Shown: positions 9,654 through 19,030, numbered from the stretch's first letter. The stretch is DNA of 64,000 nucleotides from a bacterium (GCA_965218795.1 OZ244653.1:928001-992000), one strand, 5' to 3'. The notes: generated by a model from the letters alone, not told the origin. Translations and numbers: made by a program.

Positions 9654-12119
9654 ATGGCTGACCCGGCTGCGGCTTCGTCTGAACCCCAACGATGGATCGG
9701 GCGAAGCATTCGCCGAAACGAAGACAAGAGACTGATACAGGGCCGGGGTCAATTCACCGACGACATCAAGCTCCCCGGTATGCATCACGCCGCCGTCTTG
9801 CGGAGCCCCTATCCTCACGCGATCATCAAGTCCATCGAAGTCTCCCGCGCCCTTGAGATGCCGGGCGTGCGCGGCGTCCTCACCTGCGAGGACGTGGGCG
9901 CGATGTCCAACCCGTTCCCCCAGGCGGTGGATAAGCCTTTCAAGTACTACTGCATCGCCGTGGACCGTGTCCGCTATGTGGGCGAAGGGGTGGCGGTCGT
10001 CGTTGCGGAGAACCGGTACCTGGCCGAAGACGCCATGGGCGAAATCCGCGTCGAGTACGAAATCCTGCCCGCCGTTGTGGACATCGAGAAAGCCGCGGCG
10101 GACGACGCCCCTCTCCTGCATCCCGAGGTCGGAAGCAACATCATCAATCAGCGCGAGCTCCGTTACGGAGAGCCGGACAAGGCCTTTGCGGAAGCGGACG
10201 TCACGGTTTCCGAGCGCTTCCACTTCCCCAAGTACTCCTCCGTCCCCATGGAGACCTTCGTCGCCATCGGGGTCTACGAGCCCATTGAGGACGTCATCAC
10301 GATCTATTCCAACTTCCAGGGGCCGTTCACCATGCACCCGGTCTCCGCAGCCGCGCTCCGTATCCCGGAAAACCAGCTGCGATTCATCGTGCCGCCCGAC
10401 ATCGGCGGCGGATTCGGCATCAAATCGAGCATGTTCCCCCAGATGGTGATGGCGGCCCTGGCCGCCAAAAAGACGGGGGTTCCGGTCAAGTACGTCGAAG
10501 ACCGCATGGAGCATCTGATGTCCAGCTCCAGCGGGACCGACCGGGTGACGTACATCGAGGCTGCGGCGAAGAAGGACGGAACCATTCTCGCCATTCGCAA
10601 GAAGACCATGGACAACGTGGGGGGATACCTTCGGAGTCCCGAGCCGGCCTGCACGTACCGAACGACGGGCAACCAGCTTGGCGCCTACGACATCGAGAAC
10701 CTGGCCTGGGATACCTTCGTCGTCCATACCAACAAGAGCCCGACCGGCCCCAACCGCGGCTACGGATGCCAGCAGCTCTATTTCGAGATGGAGAGGGTCG
10801 TCGACCTTCTGGCAGATGAAATCGGGATGGACCCCGCCGAGATTCGCCGAAAGAACCTCGTGCAGAAGGACCAGTTCCCGTACCACACGGCTACCGGCGG
10901 GATCTACGATGCGGGGGATTACGTGGGATGCCTCGACATGGCCCTTGAGATGGGGGACTACGCACAACTCCGCAAGGACCAGGAAGAGGCGCGGAAAAAC
11001 GGGAAGCTTTTCGGCGTCGGGGTGTCGACCGTCGTCGATCCTTCGGTGACGAACATCGCCTACATCACCGTGGCCGACACGCCCGAATTCCGGGGGCGTG
11101 AGGAATACAACGCGAAATCCGGCTCCGGCGAAACGGCCGTCGTCAAGATGGACCCCCTGGGTCATGTCAGCGTAATCATCAACACCGTTCCCGAGGGGCA
11201 GGGCCACGAGACCGTCGTTTCCCAGATCGTCGCCGACGAGTTGACCATCTCGCCCGACGCCGTGCGGGTGGTATCGGGCATGGACACCTTCCAGCGGTTC
11301 TGGAGCATCACCACCGGGACCTATTCCAGCCGCTTCGCGTCCGTCGGGGCCAGCGCGGTCGCCATGGCCTCGCGCAGGGTCAAAGAAAAGCTGATGGCCA
11401 TCGCCTCCCATGAACTCGAGGTCGACGTGAAGGACCTGGAACTGTCGGGAGGCGCCGTCCGGACCCGAAGCGCGCCCGAGCGCAAGGTCTCCATCCGGCG
11501 TCTCGCCGGGACGGCTCACTGGAACCAGGGCGCCCTGCCGGAGGGCATGGAACCCGGCATCCAGGGGACTTACACGTACAACTTCCCCACCTCCAAGGCC
11601 CCCGACGACAAGGACCGGGTGGACTCTTCCGCCACGTACGGATTCATCGCCGACCTGGCGGCCGTTGAAATCGACCCGGCCACCGGGCAGACCGAGATCA
11701 AGAAGTACGTCACGGTCCATGATTGCGGAAAGGTGATCCATCCGAAAATCGTCGAAGGGCAGGTACACGGAAGCTTCCTGCACGGTCTGGGCGGCGCCTT
11801 TTTCGAGGACATGGCCTATGACGAGAGCGGGCAGTACCTGGCCGGGTCGTTCATCGATTACATGTGCCCGACGGCCGCCGAAATGCCCGACCTCGATGTG
11901 GGACACATGGAGATTCCCTCGCCGGTGACGGTCCTTGGCTCCAAGGGCTGCGGGGAGTCGTGCACGATGAGCGTTCCCGCCTGCCTGGCAAACGCCGTGG
12001 CCGACGCGCTGAACCCCCTGGGGGCGACCGTCACACGCCTCCCCCTCAAACCCGGCGATATCTGGCAGCTCATCCAGGATGCCAACGGAGCCGCGGGCAG
12101 AGACGGAGGCGGCGAATGA
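9654..12119 (+). CDS. Xanthine dehydrogenase-family molybdopterin large subunit, 2-furoyl-CoA dehydrogenase (HmfA)-like
   Basis: AGGAGG RBS before ATG 9654; NFQGPF, GGGFGIK, YLRSPEPA, NRGYG, QGHET and WSITTGTYSSRFA motifs. Confidence 0.88.
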   Translation: MADPAAASSEPQRWIGRSIRRNEDKRLIQGRGQFTDDIKLPGMHHAAVLRSPYPHAIIKSIEVSRALEMPGVRGVLTCEDVGAMSNPFPQAVDKPFKYYCIAVDRVRYVGEGVAVVVAENRYLAEDAMGEIRVEYEILPAVVDIEKAAADDAPLLHPEVGSNIINQRELRYGEPDKAFAEADVTVSERFHFPKYSSVPMETFVAIGVYEPIEDVITIYSNFQGPFTMHPVSAAALRIPENQLRFIVPPDIGGGFGIKSSMFPQMVMAALAAKKTGVPVKYVEDRMEHLMSSSSGTDRVTYIEAAAKKDGTILAIRKKTMDNVGGYLRSPEPACTYRTTGNQLGAYDIENLAWDTFVVHTNKSPTGPNRGYGCQQLYFEMERVVDLLADEIGMDPAEIRRKNLVQKDQFPYHTATGGIYDAGDYVGCLDMALEMGDYAQLRKDQEEARKNGKLFGVGVSTVVDPSVTNIAYITVADTPEFRGREEYNAKSGSGETAVVKMDPLGHVSVIINTVPEGQGHETVVSQIVADELTISPDAVRVVSGMDTFQRFWSITTGTYSSRFASVGASAVAMASRRVKEKLMAIASHELEVDVKDLELSGGAVRTRSAPERKVSIRRLAGTAHWNQGALPEGMEPGIQGTYTYNFPTSKAPDDKDRVDSSATYGFIADLAAVEIDPATGQTEIKKYVTVHDCGKVIHPKIVEGQVHGSFLHGLGGAFFEDMAYDESGQYLAGSFIDYMCPTAAEMPDLDVGHMEIPSPVTVLGSKGCGESCTMSVPACLANAVADALNPLGATVTRLPLKPGDIWQLIQDANGAAGRDGGGE

Positions 12120-12991
12120 AGCCTCCGGTATTCGAATACATCAAGGCCGACAGCGTCGAAGCCATCCTGGCAGCACTCGGCGAGCACGGGGACGACGCAA
12201 AGATTCTAGCGGGCGGTCAAAGCCTCGTGCCCATGATGAACTTCCGAATCGCCGAACCCGCGGTGCTGGTGGACATCAATCCCGTGACGGCTCTTGATTA
12301 CATCCGGGTCGAAAACGGCGCCCTCTGCATCGGTGCCCGAACGCGCCAGCGGGCTCTCGAGCGTTCGCCGGAGGTCAAGGAGAGGTGTCCAATCCTCGCC
12401 GAGGCGACGAAGTGGATCGGCCATACGCAGATTCGCAACCGGGGGACGGTCGGAGGCAGTCTGGTTCATGGCGACCCCACGGCCGAGCTGGCCCTGATCG
12501 CGACGCTTCTGGACGCGGAGTTGATCGTCCGGGGACGAGAGAGCACCCGGACCGCATCGCCAGCCGATTTCTTCGAAAGCTTCATGACGACGGACATCGC
12601 CCCGGACGAACTCCTCACCGAGGTCAGGGTTCCGGCGAGTCCCGTGAACTCTGGCTTCAGCTTCCAGGAGCTTTGCATCCGGCACGGCGATTTCGCCGTC
12701 GTGGCCGCGGCGGCTCTGATCACGACAGACGGGAAAGGGAACTGCGCGGAGGCACGCGTTGCGGTCGCGGGCGCCGGCCCCTCCCCGCTCCGCCTTTCAG
12801 GTGCTGAAATGGTGCTGACGGGCGGCGACGGCAAAGCGGAGAACCTTGACGCCGCGGCGGAAACGGTTCCCGGAGAAGTGGATCCCATTCCCGACCTCAA
12901 GGGAAACGAAGCGTATCGGCGGGCCATGGCGAAGGTCTTTGTCCGCCGGGCCCTGGAAGACGCCTGGGGCATGGCGAGGGAGAACGGCTGA
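12116..12991 (+). CDS. Mo-hydroxylase FAD-binding medium subunit (CoxM/HmfB-like)
   Basis: MKPPVFEY start overlapping the large-subunit stop; AGGQSL and IRNRGTVGGS motifs. Confidence 0.9.
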   Translation: MKPPVFEYIKADSVEAILAALGEHGDDAKILAGGQSLVPMMNFRIAEPAVLVDINPVTALDYIRVENGALCIGARTRQRALERSPEVKERCPILAEATKWIGHTQIRNRGTVGGSLVHGDPTAELALIATLLDAELIVRGRESTRTASPADFFESFMTTDIAPDELLTEVRVPASPVNSGFSFQELCIRHGDFAVVAAAALITTDGKGNCAEARVAVAGAGPSPLRLSGAEMVLTGGDGKAENLDAAAETVPGEVDPIPDLKGNEAYRRAMAKVFVRRALEDAWGMARENG

Positions 12992-12992
12992 G

Positions 12993-13478
12993 ATGGCCGA
13001 GACGGTTCCCATCAAGATCCGGGTCAACGGCGTCGAGCATGATCGGCGGGTCGAGCCCCGTCTCCTGCTTTCCGATTTCCTGCGCGAGGACCTGGGCCTG
13101 ACCGGTACCCACGTCGGGTGCGAGCACGGCATCTGCGGCTGCTGCACGGTCATGGTCCAGGGGGAGACGATGCGCTCCTGCCTGATGTTCGCCGTGCAGG
13201 CTGACGGCCTCGAGATGACAACTGTCGAAGGGCTGGCCAAAAACGGCGACCTTCATCCGATCCAGGAGGCGTTTTGGGAGCATCACGGCCTTCAGTGCGG
13301 CTTCTGCACGCCCGGTATGATGTTTTGCGCGATCGAGCTGTTGAACGAGACGAAGGACCCGACCGACCGGGACATCCGGGAGGGGATCTCCGGGACCATC
13401 TGCAGGTGCACCGGGTATCTTCACATTATCGAAGCAGTAAAGTCGGCCGCCGCGAAGATGTCGGGTCACAACAAGTAG
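12993..13478 (+). CDS. Mo-hydroxylase 2Fe-2S small subunit (CoxS/HmfC-like)
   Basis: GCEHGICGCC, QCGFCTPG and CRCTGY motifs. Confidence 0.92.
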   Translation: MAETVPIKIRVNGVEHDRRVEPRLLLSDFLREDLGLTGTHVGCEHGICGCCTVMVQGETMRSCLMFAVQADGLEMTTVEGLAKNGDLHPIQEAFWEHHGLQCGFCTPGMMFCAIELLNETKDPTDRDIREGISGTICRCTGYLHIIEAVKSAAAKMSGHNK

Positions 13479-13481
13479 GGA

Positions 13482-14834
13482 GTGGGTATCGTGAGTCAGG
13501 TGAAATTCGAAGACCTTTACCTCGATCCGGATATCGAAACCGCCTCCCGCGGGACCATGCGGGGGATCCAGAGAAAAAAGTTCCTGGAGCAGGTCCGCCA
13601 CGCCTACGACAACTCGCCCTTTTACCGGAAGAAGTTCGACCAGGCCGGCGTAACACCGGACGATATCCGGTCGCTGGACGATATCCGCAAGCTCCCCTTT
13701 ACGACCAAGGATGAGCTCAAGGCCGATCAGGCTGAGAATCCGCCCTGGGGGACCCTTCTCGCCGTTCCGTTCGAGGAGTGCCACCGCATCCATTCGACCT
13801 CGGCCACCACCGGCCGCCCCGTCATGTACCTGGACACCGTCGAGGACTGGTACGGTTTTTACCGGAGCTACGCCAGGGGCCTGTACGGGATGGGCATCCG
13901 AAAATCCGACATGGTAATGTGCGCGTTCAGCTACGGGCCGTGGATCGGTTTTTGGTCGGGGTTTTACGCGGCGCAGGAGCTGGGGTGCCTTCTGTTCCCC
14001 GCGGGCGGCTTCACGACCGAGCAGCGCATCGACGCCCTGTTGACCTACCCCATTACCGTCCTTGGGTGCACGCCTTCCTATGCCCTGTACGTGGCCGAGT
14101 CGGCCAAGAAGCGCGGGATTGATCTCGCCAAGGAATCACAGATTCGTATCACTTGGCATACCGGAGAACCCGGGGCGAGCATCCCGGCGACCAAGGAGAA
14201 AATCGAGGATGCCTTCGGGGCCGATGTCTTCGACCTGCCCGGCCTGACGGAGCTTGCCGCGTGGGGGTTCTCCTGCACCGAGCATTCGGGAATCTCCCAC
14301 GTCCATGAGGATTATTGCTACCCGGAAGTGCTGGATCTCGAAACCGGAGAGCCCGTGGGACCCGGCGGCGAAGGCGAGCTGGTCTTCACGAGCCTGTACC
14401 GCAAGGCCATGCCGCTGATCCGCTACCGCACGCGGGACCTCATCAAGATCGTTGACCGGCAGTGCCCCTGCGGCCGCACGCTCTTCTCGGTGGAAGGCGG
14501 GGTCCTGGGGCGGCTCGACGACATGAAAAAGATCCGCGGCGTGATCGTCTACCCCAAGCGCATCGAGGAAATCGTCCGGACCTTCCCGGAGATGGACGAG
14601 TTCATGGTCTATCTCCGCCGCAAGGAGGGCCTGGATGAGATCAGCGTCGAAGTGGACCCATCGCCCGACATCCCGAAGGAAGGCTATCCCGGCCTGCAAG
14701 AGAAAATAGCGTCGGAATTGCGGCTGGGCCTGGGCATCCGCGTGAGCGTGGAGATCGTCGACTCCGGCTCCCTCCCCCGCTGGGATCACAAGGCCCGGCG
14801 CGTGAAGGACGAGCGGGAGGAAGTGCCGTTCTGA
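13482..14834 (+). CDS. Phenylacetate-CoA ligase (PaaK) family protein
   Basis: LPFTTKDEL, STSATTGRP, TPSYALY, PLIRYRTRD, CPCGRT and GRLDDM motifs; start may be GTG 13491. Confidence 0.87.
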   Translation: MGIVSQVKFEDLYLDPDIETASRGTMRGIQRKKFLEQVRHAYDNSPFYRKKFDQAGVTPDDIRSLDDIRKLPFTTKDELKADQAENPPWGTLLAVPFEECHRIHSTSATTGRPVMYLDTVEDWYGFYRSYARGLYGMGIRKSDMVMCAFSYGPWIGFWSGFYAAQELGCLLFPAGGFTTEQRIDALLTYPITVLGCTPSYALYVAESAKKRGIDLAKESQIRITWHTGEPGASIPATKEKIEDAFGADVFDLPGLTELAAWGFSCTEHSGISHVHEDYCYPEVLDLETGEPVGPGGEGELVFTSLYRKAMPLIRYRTRDLIKIVDRQCPCGRTLFSVEGGVLGRLDDMKKIRGVIVYPKRIEEIVRTFPEMDEFMVYLRRKEGLDEISVEVDPSPDIPKEGYPGLQEKIASELRLGLGIRVSVEIVDSGSLPRWDHKARRVKDEREEVPF

Positions 14835-15326
14835 GAACGGGCATTTCATGATCACGGCGGGTCGGATGCCCGTCTGTCTGAGTTCTCCTCAGTGTAAGCG
14901 GACGATAAAAAATGATGGAGCTCCTTTCCAGAAGCAAAGTGCCTTCGCCTTTTCGCGACGCCTGTTCGGCGCTGCAGCCGGGCTGGCCGATGGGAGTGAA
15001 GCGGGAGCATTCCGCAGGAATGCGCGAATCAGGACAAAAAAGCCCTCGTTCCGTGCTGACTGACCGGCGCTCAGCGGGCTCACCCGCACCGTGACAGGCC
15101 GGGCAAGAGCCCGGCCGTCAAAGGTTTCCAAGGGGGGTCTGAAAGGACAGTTTTTACAATGTCCTCCAGATTGAATCCCCAAAAACAAGGGATCACTGAG
15201 CCGCCCGTGTCTTGACAATCAGAGAGAGCCTTTTCATGCGATGATCTCACAGACCTACTGGGAGGGCACAACGCCCTCCTCGATATTTTTTTGAGGATTG
15301 ATTCGATCCAATCGGGAGTGTTCCCA

Positions 15327-16355
15327 ATGAAAGCCGCCATCTTTCACGAGCACGGGGGGCCTGAGAAGCTCCTTTACGAGGACTACGATCCCCCCGCGAC
15401 TGGACCGGGCGACGTCATCGTCCAGGTCAAGGCCTGCGGGATGAACCACGTCGACCTGCTCCTCCTCGACGGCCGATACCCGCCGCCGGGCGGCCTGCCG
15501 CACATCAACGGCTGCGAGGTGGTGGGGCTGATCTCCGAGGCGGGTGACGGCGTTACAAACGTCAAAGCAGGAGACCGGGTGATCGTCTTTCCCGGCTTTT
15601 CGTGCGGGAAGTGCGAGTACTGCCTGAAGGGCGAGCGCACGGTCTGCCTGAAATACGGTTACCTGGGCGCGGCGCGCCACGGCGGGTACGCGGAGCTCGT
15701 CAAGGTTCCGGCCGAGAACTGCGTCCCCCTGACCGAAAAAATATCGGACGCGGACGGCGCGGCCATCCCCCTCGCCTTCCTGACTTCCTGGCACGCCCTC
15801 TTCGCCCAGGCCGGGCTCGCGCCCGGGGAATGGGTTCTGGCCCAGGCGGGCGGCAGCGGCGTGGGCAGCTCGGCCATCCAGATCGCCAAGCTGGTCGGGG
15901 CCCGCGTGATCACTACCGTCGGGTCGGACGAGAAGGCCGAGTTCGCCCGCTCCATCGGCGCGGACCACGTCATCAACTACAAGACGCAGGATTTCGTGAA
16001 AGAGACCCGGCGGATCACAGGCAAGCGCGGCGTGGACGTCCTCATCGAGCACATCGGGGACGAAACGTTCGAGAAGAGCATCTACTGCCTGAACCGGATG
16101 GGCCGGCTGGTGAGCGTGGGTTCGCACGGCAATCACTGGGCCCGGATGGACCTGCGGCATGTCTACATGAAGAACCTTCGGATCTTCGGGACCAACCTGG
16201 GGAGCATCCTCGAGCTCAGGACGATTCTGGAATACCTGGAATCCGGTCAGCTCAAAGCCGTCGTGGACACCCGCATCCCCCTTTCAGACGCCCGGGACGC
16301 TGTCCAGTACCTGATCGAGCGCAAGAACAAAGGGAAGGTGATTCTGGTTCCGTAA
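15327..16355 (+). CDS. Zinc-binding medium-chain dehydrogenase/reductase (quinone oxidoreductase-like)
   Basis: MKAAIFHEHGGPE, structural Zn motif CGKCEYC...C, GGSGVG nucleotide-binding motif. Confidence 0.88.
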   Translation: MKAAIFHEHGGPEKLLYEDYDPPATGPGDVIVQVKACGMNHVDLLLLDGRYPPPGGLPHINGCEVVGLISEAGDGVTNVKAGDRVIVFPGFSCGKCEYCLKGERTVCLKYGYLGAARHGGYAELVKVPAENCVPLTEKISDADGAAIPLAFLTSWHALFAQAGLAPGEWVLAQAGGSGVGSSAIQIAKLVGARVITTVGSDEKAEFARSIGADHVINYKTQDFVKETRRITGKRGVDVLIEHIGDETFEKSIYCLNRMGRLVSVGSHGNHWARMDLRHVYMKNLRIFGTNLGSILELRTILEYLESGQLKAVVDTRIPLSDARDAVQYLIERKNKGKVILVP

Positions 16356-16736
16356 CCCCGACTCGACCCGGCAACTCAGATATACAACCCGTTTTCCCGC
16401 TCGGGTACTCACGCTTCAGATAGGGAAGACTATCCCATGACAATCACCTGGAGGTAGACTTTCTCGTCCCCGCCGCCGGTTGTCCCAATCCGTCGGGCCG
16501 TACCGCCGTTCGCACATCCAAGCACCCGAAGTGCTTTTGAGAAAACTCAGATGGCCTTGCTTCGCAGGAGAGAAACATCTTGCTTTACAATCTGTTATGT
16601 GACTCGCACCCTAACCGCTTCGTCTCCTTCCAAACCTCGAACCCGTTGCGCTTTCAGGACACCGCCTCAGCCCAAATGGTCCCCGATCAGCAAACGTTCC
16701 ACAAGGCGGTCGATTGTTCAAACGGCGATTATACCC

Positions 16737-16798
16737 TTGACGCACCCGGCCACTAGATGTAGGATTTCAGCCCACGAAGGCCAGATCACAAGATGTAG
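16737..16798 (+). promoter_or_regulatory. Sigma70-like promoter TTGACG-N17-TAGGAT overlapping two NrdR-box-like motifs (left inverted repeat)
   Basis: TTGACG 16737-16742, TAGGAT 16760-16765; CACTAGATGTAG at 16751 and CACAAGATGTAG at 16787. Confidence 0.5.
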
Positions 16799-16856
16799 CG
16801 ATTGACAAGCCAGCCTCCCCTGCCTGAAACTGAAGCCTCCTTTTCACATTCTTTGA

Positions 16857-16932
16857 TGGAGCCCCGGAGGGGATTCGAACCGAGACCTCGTACCTTGCAG
16901 GGGACGCGGTCTTGCCGTTTGACCACGGGGGC
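16857..16932 (-). tRNA. Degenerate tRNA-like gene, anticodon GCA (Cys), probable pseudo-tRNA
   Basis: Minus strand: GCCCCCG acceptor (6/7 pairs), T8-G9, GTC/GAC D-stem, CTGCAA loop, GGTTCGAATCC T-loop, T73 plus encoded CCA; anticodon and T stems are mispaired. Confidence 0.55.
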
Positions 16933-16936
16933 TCCG

Positions 16937-17248
16937 TCAAGTAACTTCGAAGTAAAAATTACATTTAGAAGTGATTTTCTCCATTCTCGGTTTCCCTTTG
17001 ACAGGTTCGAATTCACTTTCAATCCCGTCAATTTCGATAGAGATCCATGGTGACTTCTCAATGGCTGCGTCTAGGTCCGCCTTTTTCCATTCACGAAGCA
17101 TCTCTTTCAGCATTAGCTTGACTTCATCCTTCCCTGCAACCGATATTTTGCACGTAGTACAATACAAACGAATTATCTTACCCTCCGGTTTATCCACATT
17201 CACTTTGAAGCGGCAATGTCCACAAAATATCCGATCAATCAGGCTCAT
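16937..17248 (-). CDS. Small hypothetical protein with CxxC...CxxC zinc ribbon
   Basis: AGGAG RBS upstream of ATG; CGHC and CTTC; AT-rich codon usage unlike flanking genes. Confidence 0.7.
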   Translation of the reverse strand: MSLIDRIFCGHCRFKVNVDKPEGKIIRLYCTTCKISVAGKDEVKLMLKEMLREWKKADLDAAIEKSPWISIEIDGIESEFEPVKGKPRMEKITSKCNFYFEVT

Positions 17249-17419
17249 TTTGCGCTCCTAGGACGCACCTATCCTGTTGACATGGGTGGTGGGATTTGCT
17301 AAAAGGAGGGTGCCAACCCGTTCCTCACAGCAACCCCCCAAGGTTCCCTTGGGGTTCCAGCCCTACGAGATTCAACCTACACCCAATGACGGGAAGTGGT
17401 CAAGCGTTTGGTGGCTGAT

Positions 17420-17479
17420 CTACATCTTGTGGTCAGCCGATATGAGGGCGGGATCTACATATGGGGGCTGGTGCGTCAA
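17420..17479 (-). promoter_or_regulatory. Right inverted repeat: TTGACG -35-like box plus two NrdR-box-like motifs
   Basis: Minus strand TTGACG, CCCCATATGTAG (17455-17466) and CACAAGATGTAG (17420-17431). Confidence 0.45.
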
Positions 17480-17583
17480 GTGTATAACTCCGATTTGTTT
17501 CCCCCTCCCCGTATGCTACAACTGAGCAGTCTCGATTTACGCTTTTTATCATTGTACGAACCAGTCGTGGGGGGAGTGCGGCC

Positions 17584-18897
17584 ATGGAGCTGTCGAAGGA
17601 CGAATCACGCCTGCTGAAGTGGATCGACGACCACAAGGATGAGGCCACCCAGCTGCTCAAAGACCTGATCCGAATCCCCAGCCCGACCGGCGAGGAAGGA
17701 CCCGGCCAGGAGTTCGTCACGAAGTATCTCTCCGACATGGGGCTGGAGATCGAAACCCTCGTCGGCGACATGGACGCCCTCAAAGACCACCCCGAGTTCA
17801 TCCCCGTGGACCCGGAGATCAACGTCGGCAACTACGAAGAGCGTCCCAACGTCATCGGCACGTACAAGGGCGGGGACGGCGGAAAATCCCTGCTCCTGTT
17901 CGCCCACATCGACACCGTCCCGCCCGGCGACGGCTGGGATTACGACCCCTACGGCGCCCAGATCGACGACGGACGGATGTACGGCCGGGGCACGGCCGAT
18001 ATGAAAAGCGGCATGGCCGCCGCGTTCTTCTCCCTCAGAGCCTGCCTCGAAGCCGGACTGCGTCCCAAGGGCGACGTGGTCTGCATGAGCAACATCGAAG
18101 AAGAAATCGGCGGAAGCGGCGGCATTCTCGCCTGCATCGAGGGGGGCTACCGCGCGGACGCCTGCATCTATCCCCACCCGGGCGAGGGAAAGCCCCCGCT
18201 GGTGATGATCGCCTCATCCGGCGTGCTTTCCTTTCGCGTGAAGGTGCAGGGGCAGACCGTCCACGGCTTCCAGGCCCACGTGGGCGTCAACGCCATCGAA
18301 AAGGCCTTCCTCATCGCCGAGTCCCTGTGGGAGCTCGACCGCCGTATCGGCGTGACCTCGCGCGAGGAGTTGACCGAGGCGGCGTATTACACCAGCGGGC
18401 GTCCGGTGCGGGCGGCGAACCTCTACATGAGCGCCCTCCACGGGGGCGGATGGCTTTACCAGGTCCCCCCGTCGTGCGAGATGGACTGGGTCTACACCTT
18501 CCCCAACAACGAGACCCTGGAAGAGAACCGCGCGCGAATCGAGGAAACCGTCAAGGCCGCGGCCGCGGCCGACCCCTGGCTGCGGGAACACCCGCCCGAG
18601 TTGCAATGGCTGCCCGTGAAGTTCAGCCCGTCCCGGGACGATCCCGGGCATCCTTTCATCCAGCTGTCTCAGGAATGCGTAAGCTTCGCCAGCGGAACCG
18701 AGGCCCCGATGGTCGCGAATCCGGTGGGGAGCGACACGCGGGTCCCCGTCCTCTACGGGAAGATCCCCACGGCCAACATCGGACCTCTGGGCGAGAACGG
18801 ACACGCGCCCAATGAGTGGATGGATCTTGATTCTTACTTTGTATCCATTAAAATGTTCTCTCTTATCCTCGCACGCTGGTGTGGTATCGCAACTTGA
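17584..18897 (+). CDS. M20 family metallo-amidohydrolase (ArgE/DapE-like)
   Basis: AHIDTV, YGRGTADMKSG, EEE.GG.G and GHAPNEW motifs. Confidence 0.9.
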   Translation: MELSKDESRLLKWIDDHKDEATQLLKDLIRIPSPTGEEGPGQEFVTKYLSDMGLEIETLVGDMDALKDHPEFIPVDPEINVGNYEERPNVIGTYKGGDGGKSLLLFAHIDTVPPGDGWDYDPYGAQIDDGRMYGRGTADMKSGMAAAFFSLRACLEAGLRPKGDVVCMSNIEEEIGGSGGILACIEGGYRADACIYPHPGEGKPPLVMIASSGVLSFRVKVQGQTVHGFQAHVGVNAIEKAFLIAESLWELDRRIGVTSREELTEAAYYTSGRPVRAANLYMSALHGGGWLYQVPPSCEMDWVYTFPNNETLEENRARIEETVKAAAAADPWLREHPPELQWLPVKFSPSRDDPGHPFIQLSQECVSFASGTEAPMVANPVGSDTRVPVLYGKIPTANIGPLGENGHAPNEWMDLDSYFVSIKMFSLILARWCGIAT

Positions 18898-19030
18898 TCA
18901 TGACCTGAGGACATCGGCGTGTAGGCCCGTTCCAAGCCCCTCAGAGTGTCCGTAATTTCAGAGGACCGGCCCCGCGGGGGTCGACGGCTGACCGGCCGAC
19001 CCGGCGGGCAAGCAGGACAGGGGGAGAGTT

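Larger units (their letters stand above)
16724..17492. mobile_element. Putative non-autonomous cassette with ~70-bp imperfect terminal inverted repeats (IS1595-family-like ends), no transposase
   Basis: Left end GGCGATTATACCCTTGACGCAC...CACAAGATGTAG (16724-16798) aligns with the reverse complement of the right end CGGAGTTATACACTTGACGCAC...CACAAGATGTAG (17420-17492); interior is AT-rich; no target-site duplication found. Confidence 0.6.

Noticed and set aside
9555-11906. 783-aa antisense ORF (and similar ones at 53005-54504 and 56381-58006)
   Set aside because: Mirror frames of real genes in high-GC DNA; no recognisable motifs.
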